NCBI GenBank assembly: GCA_964571255.1
Contig: CAZNAA010000002.1
Location: 28,746-92,745 of the forward strand
Direction of reading: 5' to 3'
Origin: an uncultured Gammaproteobacteria bacterium
Lineage (GTDB): Bacteria; Patescibacteriota; Microgenomatia; Levybacterales; UBA12049
DNA length: 64,000 nt
Positions 37,601 to 48,800 of the stretch are shown one piece after another (positions within the stretch are counted from its first letter, which is position 1; every line of letters begins with the position of its first letter). The position numbers and the translations under genes are program-made. The notes beneath the pieces are model-generated. The model had not been told where the DNA came from. It was given only the letters and a program-made list of their open reading frames with translations, and searched no databases.

Positions 37601-39770
37601 TGGAATAGGGACAACAGCAGCACGAAGAAAACTGTCCCAAGTATATACCTGTGACGGATGTTCTTCAACATCGTTTGTTAACTACCATACCGATGATGAC
37701 TCAAATCAAGGAGTACTTCTTCTAGGTATTGGTACAGCTAGTACAGGAACAGGTACTCGTTTTGTTAAATTTTTTGCAGGAATTGATGATGGAACTGATG
37801 ATTATGGACAAGCGAGTGCTGATGGTGTCGGAAATATTCATATCAATAATAATTCTGTTGTTTTTGACACCGCAGGTACAGCTGATTTTGGAGAATATAT
37901 GGAGATGGGTGAAACTGTCGAAGCAGGCGATATCATATCTGAAACAAGTAATAAAGGGACAAAAGCAAAAGAAGTGGATCATGCAATTGGAGTTATCTCA
38001 CGAACCACAAGCTTTCTGGGAAATAGTCGAATAAGCAATAATCCTAATACAGATATTGTAGGATATGTCGGGCAAATCGAAACGAAAGTTTCAACAGTAA
38101 ATGGGACCATTCACCGTGGAGACAGAATTACGACAAGCAATATCCCGGGAATAGGACAAAAAACTACAAGTGCAGGACAAATTGTCGGAGTAGCTCTGGA
38201 AGATTTTGATTCAAATAATCCTTCTCAAATTATCCCTTGTCCAGATGGTACGGATCCATCCATCAAGTGCGGAAAAATCATGCTCTATGTAAATCCATCT
38301 TGGTATGATCCAGACGTTTATATTACCAGCGCAGGTGATCTTAATGTTTCTTTTGAAAACAATCAATACGTTGCGAGAAACGAAGGTTCATTAGTAACGC
38401 GAATGGGTTCTTTTGCAACAGCTGTTGTTGCCAATCTTACAGCAGGAGCAATCCAAGCTCAATCACTCACTGTTTCTGGCCTTAGCACTCTGACTACTCT
38501 TTCTGCTCAAACTATTACTGTCTCTGGAAATTTCACTACGTCTTCACTCTCTGTTGCAACAAACAGTATTACGATTGCTGGACAGTCTCTTAATGACTAT
38601 ATTGATAGCAGGATTAGTAGCGCCATTGAATCAGGAGAACTTGTTTCTCCACTCGCCTCTGATTCAGCAACAGTAAAAGCAGGGAAAGTAATTATTAAGC
38701 CTCTTATCGCAACGACTGAACCTGTTTTGGAAGTTGAAGGAAATGCCTCAATCACTGGCCAATTAGCTACGAATAGCTTAACGACAACGGATGCTACAGT
38801 TTCAGGAACTCTCCGAGTAGATACGCTCATTGCTGATAACTTGAGTGCTCTTGAGGCACAAGTTGCCTCCCTCTCTGCTGGATCAACTGCTATTACCCTA
38901 CCAAGTGAAGAGTCGATTGCATCACTTATTGCAACAGGGATTCAATCAACGTATGCTGAGATTGCCTCCCTTTCTGCTGGAGTGGCTTTTGTTCCTGATC
39001 TTAAAACAGACTTTCTGCAAGTAAACCAAGGATTGATCGCACTTGCTCCATCTAGTCTTTCAGATACTTCAATTACGGGACAACTCTCTATCAATGGCTC
39101 ACTCATTCTAAGCGAAAATAGTGTAAACGTACTTGGAGCTGACTTTCATATCCAACCCCTCAGACAAGGCGGAGTCTCCTTTGAGGGAGGACTCATCACG
39201 ATGGATACTGATGGAAACTTGTATACAGCAGGAAACGCAACCTTTGCTAAAAATGTAACTGTTGGAGGGAATCTGGCAACAAATTTCCTGTCTCCTATTC
39301 CGGGAAATGACTTAGAGATCACTCTTCCTGCAACCAGTACTCAACTAGCCCAAGGCACCGGCTCAAGTTTCGTAGTCAAAAACGCCTCTGGATCAGGAGT
39401 ATTATCGATAAATCAACTAGGAGACCTCGTTGCTAGTGGAGCTGGACAGTTTAAAGAATTAGCAGCTTCATCTCTTAATATTGTTAGAGGAGCACAGGCT
39501 GATACCTCCTTTAACGAGACAGTTGCCTCTGGATCTGCTGGGACAGGAATTGTCACTGCTTACTATACAGAAAGAACCATTGTGTCACCTTTTGTTACAG
39601 AAGATTCACTGATTTATATTACACCAACATCAGATACAAGTGGCATTACTCCCTATGTTTCTCGCCAAGTAGCACATGATGCTCAGAACGAAGTTCAAGG
39701 CTCATTCACCGTTACTCTTCCCCAAACAAGTGTCAGCGATATCAAGTTTAACTGGTGGATTGTGAACTAG
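28638..39770 (+). CDS. Giant fusion protein: 2x integrase N-terminal SAM-like domains, TM, tail-fibre-like adhesin, peptidase G2-like chaperone domain
   Basis: Two TVKNY..DI..F...S..S..R.LSSLRK units; TM at aa ~375-397; ILSFQGRL...LTPRQQVATVAYA; many GNVGIG(T/S)T repeats; ADFGEY...G.I..GD.IT.S..PG.G......G.IVG.ALE. Confidence 0.85.
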   Translation: MEHIENFQLYLIQKGSSRPTVKNYIADIRKFIKFLETTSSFSPSAITSDSIAAYKTHLSSLQTSPSSIDRYLSSLRKFTSFLSEKKLLAINPFLITEEKEVDIWELGGFKNALHTQHVSPLTVKNYFLDIKQFLSWIEKVDTNITKDNNISRITPEVVETYKSRLLSQMELSPLSVNRKLSSLRKYLSYLYAGGHLNTLPQIKNQLEAELIDQKGSEDIIEFPVITETPHTPEATPVVPSSFAPIRLTRASKKGLNYLFDLAVITPLASLYSKGHILFRKSQGKNGLFEAKQIKKSFALSSFLPSNKKFEIFHTFITKNPKQLFKGQISNISKSFYAPLSLSTTEFPLHKKIWHHLRHTRPAWYDKYHSYPLTHYFHFAVLMIVITIVGTGMYSVLFDSGKKNPALAALPTAPPRILSFQGRLTDSSDNPITTYKNVRFSIYDDSAATGSGNLLWQELQGVTPDEDGVFSVLMGNTVTTCANPLTVATGPCAIPSTLFTENATLYLGVTIENDSELTPRQQVATVAYATNSETLQGLPPSTAAGAATNNVVLALDSSGNLTIGGSATPTFQASGGQFTLSGTVLKITTTAGSNSNVQITPDGLGKVDIQKSIINSGVNGPLTTAAGAVQVDDLFAVNATSSGQSAFTLNQDGAGSLFSASASGVNRFVIRNDGNVGIGSTTPTATLDVVGTTKLSSTLTLSSLTANGGVIYTNGSGVVAQTAVGSSGECLQSIGGGTPIWGSCTGSNGSKWTITAGAIHPNNVTLDALIGGNSTASAKFGFINVAGGTPTATISGNLALAVPTGADPATTYSVLNGGTINFRTSVGGDSGLSSRLYIANAGNVGINSTSPTNGYILDAVGRGRFSTGLSVGTTATTNTVEIVGTVNQATGQVTFGGNVDATSGVDVTGASLTVGGANFSVTTAGLVTTADDVAINGGDITTSGTSFNLLNTNATSINFAGAATGTLAIGNTSGTTNLLGANVRLGDTSNGVNITSAGIISDLNGNVTVQDHLVPQADATYDLGTTGLQWRNAYVSGSICFAGGTDCTSSFSSLGVNYWNITSGTLQPKNATLDLLIGGTATTSADFAFINVDSGNPTASIGANLAIAVPTGANPATTYSAFNGGTINFRTSVGGDSGATSRLFIANNGNIGIGTTTPGQELDVNGDILVGAGSTIDTRAAGTLTIGGTTQTGLTVGRTGTSTAIAGNSSSSIDFGNFDVTAAGLVTTADDVAINGGDLTTSGSSFNLLNATATSINFAGGATGTLAIGNTSGTTNLLGANVRLGDTSNGVNITSAGIITDLNGNVTVQDHLVPQADNTYDLGTTTLQWRTIYAGTSICFAGGTDCTSSFSTLGVNYWNLASGTLQPKNSTLDLLVGGTATTSAKFGFINVNSGTPTATISGNLALAVPTGADPATTYSAFNGGSINFRTSVGGDAGATSRLFIANLGNVGIGSTSPTQALDVVGNITLSGTSGLALTGSDADLTFSGTSNHDITASSGTLRIGAATLTGALNASSNTITNATSYNGLVITANTGVITTGTWNGTAVGATYGGTGINTSGSTGVPYITSGTWSVDTNALTAPHGGTGQTIYAVGDTLYASSTTALSKLTIGSTGQALTVSGGIPAWANTNTSAFGLWDQASGVINPKNSTLDLLVGGSATTSAKFGLINVNSGTPTATISGNLAIAVPTGSNPATTYSAFNGGSINFRTSVGGDTGATSRLYIENLGNVGVGTTTLDRKMSVAGDFIAGGTGTGLIMTGTTLTSGFYPGASVVDHDMIIKNGTINGNIFFQTGAATTRLAIDNVGTLTASAYTTNGGLLYTNGSGVFSQTAAGSSGQCLQSNGGGAPTWITCATGSKWTITAGGIHPNNATLDLFIGGTATASSKFAFINVNSGTPTFRAYNSTSAQYLSLNHDGTDGNITASTGTINIGQGGGTLYLETDIKNDTTNYAGFVQISDKLLVQGPTEASANSLAILDNTTAGADILTASSAGTTRFVLTGVGNVGIGTNLPRASLEVVGDASASGSLVLRNASSNQIESMNGSPLSFWTSVGGDTGLTERMRITSSGNIGINSTSPTTGYILDAVGRGRFSTGLSVGTTATTNTFELVGTMNQASGQVTFGGNVDATSGLDITGSSLTVGGSNFSVTTSGAVTAEDIAVNGGDITTDETTFNLVNATATSINFAGGATGTLAIGNTSGTTNLLGANIRLGSSSTGINITSAGIINDIDGNVVVQDHVVPQANNTYDLGTASLQWKDYYGIGTAYSADFKDTNNTAYYLDPASTTDSLVINGQVRIGGSSTGAGGVTLEDNEQEGVPGSIKSGAGRNNLLATAGYIMSPFGGFGRYENYVRYSEQFDNQGFWARSGLSVVPDAVQGPNSHDTALVTADVISDDGTPNGTLTQSYPGTITGSTVWTFSVWLRNVRAAESSYQAATGNVILSLVSNGAGASAATTTIAVPSTSWKRYSVTYTVNGTSPTALIAQIDYQGGASTEVAVWGAQLEKQAAPSVYAQTTDKFIPTGRGLVATGVGPHLLQTGNGGTATPSASGVFVAASGGVYQTSPNKNIFELYNSDASATNNTSSIGFLANRAGNTATQIASVSAIMTDATATAYTGALSFSTMASAGTGPTEKLRITGDGNVGIGTTSIGSKLTVVDNSTTYAQNIAQNNTSGHGLYLWTNNNSTFDSILVQNSASQNILNLKSNGNLGIGTNSPDEKLHISGSSAGDGAHIGNIYTGVWDNNTDYGVFVHNSIKATSGSYALLQQSNGATFLNAASGQAIKFRINNSDYMALDSGGNVGIGTTGSSYGKLQVSGGDIVLDGANTNGGELFVSANGNGIIGASVRANYGDLLLGYNLRGQAGNDNYYTNSTGSAGYGGIEVAYQGRISFYGANVSTTAGSTVTPTERMRIDTAGNVGIGTTTTSSYKLTVNGGIQSLDYGAAGTANIIIGDDSFFTDIDTSNAVGLYGTSDNTKGCLRLGNTSGQELCGSSGNIGIGTTAARRKLSQVYTCDGCSSTSFVNYHTDDDSNQGVLLLGIGTASTGTGTRFVKFFAGIDDGTDDYGQASADGVGNIHINNNSVVFDTAGTADFGEYMEMGETVEAGDIISETSNKGTKAKEVDHAIGVISRTTSFLGNSRISNNPNTDIVGYVGQIETKVSTVNGTIHRGDRITTSNIPGIGQKTTSAGQIVGVALEDFDSNNPSQIIPCPDGTDPSIKCGKIMLYVNPSWYDPDVYITSAGDLNVSFENNQYVARNEGSLVTRMGSFATAVVANLTAGAIQAQSLTVSGLSTLTTLSAQTITVSGNFTTSSLSVATNSITIAGQSLNDYIDSRISSAIESGELVSPLASDSATVKAGKVIIKPLIATTEPVLEVEGNASITGQLATNSLTTTDATVSGTLRVDTLIADNLSALEAQVASLSAGSTAITLPSEESIASLIATGIQSTYAEIASLSAGVAFVPDLKTDFLQVNQGLIALAPSSLSDTSITGQLSINGSLILSENSVNVLGADFHIQPLRQGGVSFEGGLITMDTDGNLYTAGNATFAKNVTVGGNLATNFLSPIPGNDLEITLPATSTQLAQGTGSSFVVKNASGSGVLSINQLGDLVASGAGQFKELAASSLNIVRGAQADTSFNETVASGSAGTGIVTAYYTERTIVSPFVTEDSLIYITPTSDTSGITPYVSRQVAHDAQNEVQGSFTVTLPQTSVSDIKFNWWIVN
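31400..33000 (+). repeat. Internal near-identical duplication (897-bp offset) in giant gene 1
   Basis: ggaaatacctctggcactac...ggagttaatataactag at ~31542 and ~32439; third partial copy at ~35211; bounds approximate. Confidence 0.8.
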
Positions 39771-39840
39771 AAAAACCCGTATTGAAATCTATGTTTTTAG
39801 CTATAAAAACGATATACTATAGATATACATTTCTGCCCAA

Positions 39841-42800
39841 ATGAAATACCTAAACTATCTTTCACTTTTACGGCACATCTTACGAACAAAAAAAGTCTTG
39901 CTAGCAGGACTCTTGGCTCTTAGCTTACTTCTTGGTCCTCTTATTCCTTTCTTCTCTTTTCATAATTCCTCTAAACAAGAAACACCAAAGTATTTTGCCT
40001 CGGAATTGACGATGCGATCAAAAAAGACTCTCTTTACCCCTGTTGAGAAGCCAACATTTAAGATTGGCATAGGAAAACCTGTCACTCAAGATGGAAAAGT
40101 GCTAGAGAAGATTTCAGGCACGAATGTGTTTATTTCTGAAGTACATGCACAGGAGACTTCCCTTCCAGAACTTCAGATCAAGGCTAGTAGAACAATCAGA
40201 GAGACAGATATAGTCCAAATGGTGGCTAATCGAACAGCCCCTGACGAGATCGAAATCAAAGTAGCAGACGCAGTCTCTTTCCGTCCCGGAAAATATAGGA
40301 TGTCTATTACTTCAGGCAATCGAAATATTGAACAAGATTTTACCTGGGGCGTTTTGGCTGTTAACACAAACAAATCAGTCTATTCTCCAGGAGAAACTGC
40401 AAAAATAGGAATGGCTGTATTAGATGATATAGGTCGTACAAAATGTATGACTGGAGCTTATGCTGAATTTAATAAAGGGAAAGTGTGGCTAACTATTACC
40501 GATCCTTTAGGCAAAAAAACTGAGCATTCTTCAGAAAACGGACTTGTTATAGGAAGTCCTGAGTGTGAAGAACATTCAGTTACTAATGAAGCTGACTTTC
40601 AAACAACGTATAAAACTACGACTCCCGGGATCTATCAGATAGATCTTATTGGGGAAAATCAAAATGGGAAAAAATCAATTGCAGATTACTTTGAAGTAAA
40701 GAGCGACCAATCCGTTATCGTAGAGCGCATATCTCTCCCTACTCGTATTTTCCCTGCATCAGACTATAGCGCTTCTATATCAGTAACCACTAAAGGTCCT
40801 TTTAAAGGACAGATCATAGAAACTACTCCTGCTTCATTTATTATCACCTGTGATGGTTGCCAAGTACTTGGAGAGAACTCACTAAACGATGCGAGTGAAC
40901 CAGCAGATCGAAAAGCCACTCATACCATTGTTTGGGATGTTGATTGGAAAACTGGAGGATCTCATACCCTTTCGTATACTATTAACCCTCCTAATGTCAG
41001 TCCTGAATTTTTCTTACTAGGCCCTCTTACCCTTTCTCAAGGGAAAAATATCCTTTTTAAAGAAGTAAGACAATGGCAGATTGCTTCTGACGCACTCATT
41101 ACGTGGAATGGGAATGGAGCTTCTGTAAACTGGAGTGTCGCTGGAAACTGGTCAACAGGAGCAGCTCCAACAACAGCAGCAAATGTAGTCCTTGACGGAG
41201 TAGCATCACCAAATGGGAATGCAAACTCGACTATTAATAATGCTACGGTAGGAGCCGTAACTGATATCACCATTAATGGATATACAGGAACAGTAACTCA
41301 AGGTGCTGCTATTGCAACAAGTGGAACATCTGGAATTACTGTTACATCTGGAACACTCACGGGCGCAACACAGGCAATCACCCTCACAGATGGATCATTG
41401 ACCGTTAATGGTGGTGTCTTTACGACAACAACAGGTGCTGTAAGTATACAACTAAATCTCACTTTCTCTAGTGGGACACTTACAAATAATGCGAGTGGAA
41501 TCAATTTTACTGATAATACGAGTGCTGATGACTCAACGCTTAGTTGTAGCTCTACACTTTCAGGTACTTGGAGAATTAATAAAACTAGTGGAGGTGATTT
41601 TGCACTAGGATCAGGCTGTACTGTGAGCATGAGTGAGAATGTGACTTCAAGCGTAGGATTATTGACAAATGATGGAACATTGACTATTACTGGAGCTTCA
41701 ACTGTTTTAAACATTGTTGATAACAATATTGATAATAATTCAAGCTTAACCGTTGATAGTTCAGGAGCACGTGTCACTGTTGAGAGAAATTTTGATAATA
41801 CAGGAGGAACATTAACTAACAATGGAACTATTGATTTTCCTGATAGCACAAATGCTGACGATAGCACGCTTACCTGTGGAAACACACCAGGTGGAACTTT
41901 CCGAATTAATAAAGCACAAGGTTCTGACTTTACTCTTTCATCTAGTTGTACTATCACGGCAACTGAAAATGTTACCAGTAGTCTTGGTAGGCTTACCAAC
42001 AATGGCACACTTACTCTTGATAATGGAACATTTGTTTTTGGACAAACGGATACTACCTTATCAGTTGATAATAATTCCTCACTCACTCTTGATACAGACG
42101 CAATTATTACTCTTCAGAGAAACTTTGATAGTACTGGTGGAAGTATCACCAATAATGGAAATATCAACTGGATTTCAGATGAAGCAGGAGCAACTGATAG
42201 TCCAGATCTAACGTGTAATAGTTCACTTGGAGGGTCTGGTAGTTATAATCTTAATTTTGCTGCTGCTGCTGATTTTACCCTTTCTTCCAGTTGCACAGTT
42301 ACTATGTCTGAAAGCCTTGCAGGGGTTGCGCCAATGGGACTACTCACGAACAATGGGGTACTCACGCTAGCCGGGAGTGGAGCAAGCTTTGACTTTAACA
42401 GCACCTCCCCAACCTTGCTCCTTGATAATAATAATACTCTTTCTCTTGGATCTGGAGCAACCATTACTATTCAAAGAAACTTCGACAATACTGGTGGAAG
42501 TTTCTCAAATAGTGGAACAGTTATCTTTGATGCTGATGAAGCAACTGATGACTCTACGTTTACTTGTGGAAACACACCAGGTGGTACTTTCCGAATAGAC
42601 AAGACACTCGCTTCTGATTTTACTCTTTCATCAGGATGTACTATCTCAGCATCAGAAAATGTAACATCTAGCTTAGAAGTTCTTACCAACAATGGCAATC
42701 TTACTCTTACAGGTACTTCAAGCTTTGTCTTCACTACAACCTCTACAAATCTTCAAATTGATAATAACGGGACAATGACTATTGATAGCAGTGTTACTGT

Positions 42801-45800
42801 CTCACTCCACCGAAATTTTGACAACACAGGAGGTACATTAACTAATAGCGGAACAGTTGTCTTTAATTCTGATGAAGCAACTGATGACTCTACGTTTACT
42901 TGTGGAAACACACCAGGTGGTACTTTCCGAATAGACAAGACAACCGGTGGTACTACATTTACCCTTTCTAGTGGCTGTACTGCTTCATTTACTGAATCAG
43001 CTACTGTGGCAATGGAGCAAATAACCAATAACGGAACGATGACTCTAACAGGAGGCAGTAGTTCCTGGCCTCTTACCACTACAAGTGTTACAGATCAGGT
43101 AGTCAATACCGGAACTCTTAATATAACAGGAGGTGCTGCTCTTTCTCTCCATCGAAGTTTTAATGATACAGGAACCGTGAGTAATAGTGGGGGATCAATC
43201 TCATTTCTTTCAGATGAAGCAACTGTTGATGATACTACACTTACTTGTGGAGGCAGTAGTGATTTTGGAGATGTGACAATTAATAAAACAAGTAGTGGGT
43301 CTACATTTACCATCTCCAGCAACTGTGTCTTTAATGATTTTATCTATACCAGTAGTTCAGCTGAATTTTCTAATCCAGGATCTGCCCGTACCCTTAGTGT
43401 TACGGGTAATTTCACGATGGACGATATACAAAATTTGGGTGGAGCAAACTTAACTGTTGAGTTCAGTAGTACTGGGACTCAAACAATCAATAAAAGTAGT
43501 ACAGGCCTTTTTCAGTCTAAATTTTCAGTTAATAAGACAGCAGGAGGCAACTCTGTAGGGCTTGCTACTGCCTTAACAGTCACCACAGAAACGTGCAACA
43601 TTGTTGAAGGAACTTTTGAAACTAACGGCTTTACCTTTACGTGTGCCGGTGGGTTTACCGTTCAAGATGGAGGTAACCTACAAATGCACGGGTCCGAAAC
43701 ACCTACTTCCCCCACTCTCAATTCAGGTTCAACTGTTACCTATGAAGGTAATGGAGATGGAGTTGCAGATACACGAACAATGAAAGCCTATGTTTACCAC
43801 CATTTAACTGTCAATAGTTCAGTAGGTACTGCAGACACCTTTCAACCCCCAAATGCATTCACCGGTGCAAACGATATCAATGGAAATCTTACTATTACAG
43901 ATGGGACATTTGATGTGATTAGCGGAACAAATTATGGAGTTGACGTTGTTGGGAGTTTTAGCATTGCAACAGACGGCATATTTTTAGCTCAAGCGGGAAC
44001 CCTTAAAATCGGTGACGACTTCACAAACAACGGAACCTTTACTGCTGGTACTGGAACAGTGGAGTTAAATACCGCCACTACAGCTACTCTTAATGGTTCA
44101 GGAAGTCCTGCTGTCACGTTTAATAACTTTACCGTAACGACTGCTGCAAAAACAGTTCAATTCACAGCCAGTAAGACGTTTCGTATTAATGGACTGCTTA
44201 CTATTACTGGAACTGCTGGAAATGAGGTTGTTATTAATTCAACAAGTGGCACACAGTGGCTTATTAATCATCAAGGAACAGAAAACGTTACGTATGCAAA
44301 TGTAACCAATTCTGGCTGTGATGGGACTAGTACAACTATCACCATTGATGCTACGAGTATTAATAATGGAAATAACGGAACCTGTTGGGATTTTCCTATC
44401 CTCAATATCACCGTCTCTGGAAATATTTATAGTGATGAAGGAAGTAGCGCCTATGACTGCTCGGCAAACAATATTACGGTGTATACATCAGTCAATGGAG
44501 CTGCAAATGATACACCTGGAACATGTACGCTCAATACTGGCGCTTTCTCTATCACTGCTACTAAACCCACAGCGGCAGCCCAACCTATCGTTATTTTCAT
44601 CGATTCCGGAGAATCAATTAAGGCAACAACTGTCACACTCACTGCCGATGCGACATCTAATATCACTGGTCTTAAGCTCTATGTCGACCACCTCGTTCTT
44701 ACCCACGAAGACTCAGGACCGATGACAAATGCAAAATTAGCAACGGGTGATAACGCTGATGCTGGGATTCGGTATAGCGTCGCAAGTAGCAATTTGACTG
44801 TTGAATCAGGCATAGAACTGTTTGTTTATAACAGTAAAACCTTCACTCCAGGTGGTACGGTTACGACCCAGGGGTCACTTGGTGACTTTCAGCTGGGCAC
44901 ATCAGCTACTGCCACCCTGGGAACAGCAACCAATACCATATCAAATGATATCCTAATAGGGACTTCTGCAACATTAAACGTGAATACAGACACCATAGTA
45001 GCTGGTGGAGACATCACAGCAACAGGTACACTCAACACAACCTCAGGTACACCCACTATCACGATGCGTGGAACAGGGAGTATCTCAGGAGCTGGGTCAA
45101 AAACAGTCTATACCCTACTCATTGGCGATGGAACAACAGCTACCACTACCCTTTCTGGAACACTCACTGCCAATAATGATGTAACTGTTGGAACAGGTTC
45201 TACATTCAATCAAAATGCAAGTTTAAATATTAGTGGTGGAGATTTTACGACAACAACAACTGGAATCGTCAATACGACCAGTGGAACAGGAACAGTCACT
45301 ATAACAGGTACAGGGAATGTCGGAGCAGGGTCTGGTGGATCATTCACTGTTTATAACCTTGCAGCAAACGGTACTCAGACTTTAATCTCAGATATCGTAA
45401 CAACAAACAACATCTCTATCGCCACTGGTGGATCACTCGCACTAGCCAGCAAAAATGTGACAGTTTCTGGTGGAACGGTGAGTACTGCAGGTACGGGAGC
45501 CATCACCTGCTCTGCCTGTTCTGCTGGGACTGTGACTATTTCTGGTACTGGAAATATCGGTGGAGGGGGAACTGTTACTGTGTATAACCTACAAATAAAT
45601 GGAACCCAAACGCTTGCCTCAGCTTTAACAGTTTCTAACGATGCCGTTGTAGGTACTGGAGGGATACTTGATTTAGGAAGTCAGAATATGACCGTAACTG
45701 GTGGAGACTTTACCAATACTACGACAGGGATTATTCGATGCAACAGCTGCTCTGCTGGAACTTTGACCATGCCTGCAACTGGGAATCTTGGGAGTGGCAG

Positions 45801-48800
45801 TGGAGATATTACGCTCTATAACCTAGCAACGAGTGGAACTGGAACTACCACCTTTTCTGGAAGTGGAACAAATACAGTAAGTAACAATGTAACCGTCGGA
45901 GCAGGAACCACTCTTGCCATTAACTCCAGTATTTCTATCACAGGAAGTTTTGCCAATACAACAACTGGGATTATCACAACCACCAGTGGAAATCCAACAG
46001 TAACCGTTTCTGGAGCAACGATTGGCGGAGGAAGTGGAGCTATTACCTTTTATGATCTCACTAAAGCAGGAGGTGGAACCACTACGTTTTCTGGTGCTGG
46101 AACGAACACCGTAAACAACAATTTATCTATATCAAATGGTACCTTTACTCAATCAGATAGCCTTACGGTGACAAACGATATTAGCGTTGCAACAGGAGCA
46201 ACGTATAACAATAATGCAACACTTGCTGTCAATGGAGGAGACTTCACAACAACAAGTACTGGTGTCATCAATACGACCAGCGGTACCCCTACTCTCACCA
46301 TTTCAGGAACAGGGAGTTTGGGTGGAGGAAATGGAAATATTACCCTTTATAATCTGACAACTACTGGATCAGGAACAACTACTTTTTCAGGAGGCGGAAC
46401 TAACACGATAAATAATAATGTCTCAGTTGGGGCAGGAACTACTTTAAATATTAACTCTACAATTGGCATTACAGGAAATCTGACGAACACTTCAACTGGA
46501 ATAATTGGCACAACGAGTGGAACTCCAACGGTAACAGTTTCAGGAACAACGATTGGTGGAGGAAGTGGCGCTATAACTATTTATACGCTTGCCAAAGCTA
46601 CCGCATCAACTACAACTTTTTCAGGAGGCGGAACTAACACTCTTTCACAAAATCTCACAGTTTCTGCAGGGACACTCACTATCTCAAATGATTTGAGTAT
46701 TGGAAATGACGTTTCTGTTGCAACGAGTAGTACGTTAAATCTCAATGGAAACACTTCAATTGGCGGAGGAGATGCAACAACTGCTGGCACTGGGATTATT
46801 AGTACGACAAGTGGTACTCCTACTCTTTCAGTTTCAGGTACAGGAACTGTTGGAGGTGGCGGAGCTGTTAGCGCCTATAACTTAACAATTTCTGGAAGTC
46901 AAACGATCTCTTCAGCCACAACGGTTTCAAATGATTTGAACATTAATGGAACCATGTCTGGTTCTTCAACAGTAACCGTGAATGGCAATTTAGTAGGAAT
47001 TGGAGCCGTTTCTCACGGAGGAACCGTTGAGCATCGAATAGGAAGTGATAAAAACTTTGGAGCAACGAGTGGAAGTGGAACATGGGCATTTACTACGCTC
47101 AAATTTACCAACTCAAGTGGTTCAACCAAAACCATTACCACCCAAACTGGCGGAGCAGGAGGAGTGAGTGCAGCAACTGTTCTTCAAGTTGGAGAAACCG
47201 ATGATTCAGCTGGGATTAACTTAGATGCAGGGAACAAAACATGGACTCTTTCTGGAACAAGTGGAGCTCCATTAAGTATTGAGGATGGAAGTATTGCAGC
47301 AGCGACCTCAACATTTGTGTTTAGCGGAAATAACGGTGGTGGGAATACAACGATTAATGACATTACCTATTACCGGTTAACGGTAAATAACGGCTCAGAA
47401 ACGTTTGTTCTAGCAGCCTCCCCCCTTCTTGTTACCAATACGTTAACAATCAGCGCAGGCACTCTTTCTGTCAGTACAAACTCCGTAACTGTTGGCTCCT
47501 CAAGTGTATCGAATTCTGGGAGTATTTTAAATTCAGGAACCTATTCCCAATCTGCTGGAGGAACAACAACGGTGAAATCCTCTGCCGGGGGAAGCAGCAC
47601 AATTGGAGGAAGCGGAACAACTACTTTTTATAATTTAAGTATTGCTCCAGATGCTGCTTCTGCTCCAACAATTACTCTTGGATCTGCAGGAAGTCAAACA
47701 ATCACTGTTTCCAATAATCTAGGAATTGGAGATGGATCAAACTCAGTAATAGTAACAGCGAACACAAATAACCCTGCGCTTGATGTGAATGGGAATTTTA
47801 CGATTAATACTAGTGCTACTTTTACTGCTCCCCCATCAGCTAGTTTTACTATTGCTGGGAATATGACAAATGATGGAACTTTTACTCATAATAATGGAAC
47901 CGTTACTCTGGATACGACAACAACTGCTACGCTTACAGGAAGTGGCTCTACTGCTATTACGTTTTATAACTTAACTTCAACTACAGCAACCAAAACAATC
48001 CTTTTTACTAGTACAAAAACTTTTAAAACTGATGGCCTCGTTACCTTAACAGGAAGTAGTGGGAATAATATTACAGTTGATGCAACAAGCAACGGGTCCC
48101 AATGGTTAATTAACCATCAAGGAACAGAGAATATTACCTATACCTCTGTCCAAGATTCAGGCTGTGATGGAGCAAGTACTACTATTACGTTGGGAACAAC
48201 GAATACGAATAATGGCAATAATTCCTCCTGTTGGGTCTTTACGATGGATGTAACGGGAAATGTGTATACAGATGAAGGAAGTAGTGCGTATGACTGTTCC
48301 TCAGATAATTTAACCATTCATATCTCAGTCAATGGAGCAGCCAGCACAACAACTACCTGCACCTTAAATACTGGAGCCTTTAGCTTTTCAGGAGTCACTA
48401 AACCGTCAAATGGAACTCCTATTGTTCTGTATATTGATAGTGGAGAAACACCAAAAGCAACAACTGTTACTCTTGCCGATTCCAGTTTAACTGGAGTAAA
48501 AATCTATCAAAACCATGTGAACTTAACTCATGAAAATGCAGGACCTATTACCAATACCAACCTTTCAACAGCTGATAATGGAGATAGCGGAATACGATAC
48601 AACGTCAGTAGCGGAAATGTCACGTTTGATACAGATATGGAGGCTCATGTCCTTGGAAGTAAAACGTATACACCTGGAGGAAATGTGACTACACAAGGAA
48701 GCGCTGGAGATTTTCACCTTGCCTCAAGTAGTACTGCCACTCTTGGAGGAATAACAACACTTTCTGGTGACGTGCAGGTTGATACAGGAGCCACGCTTAC

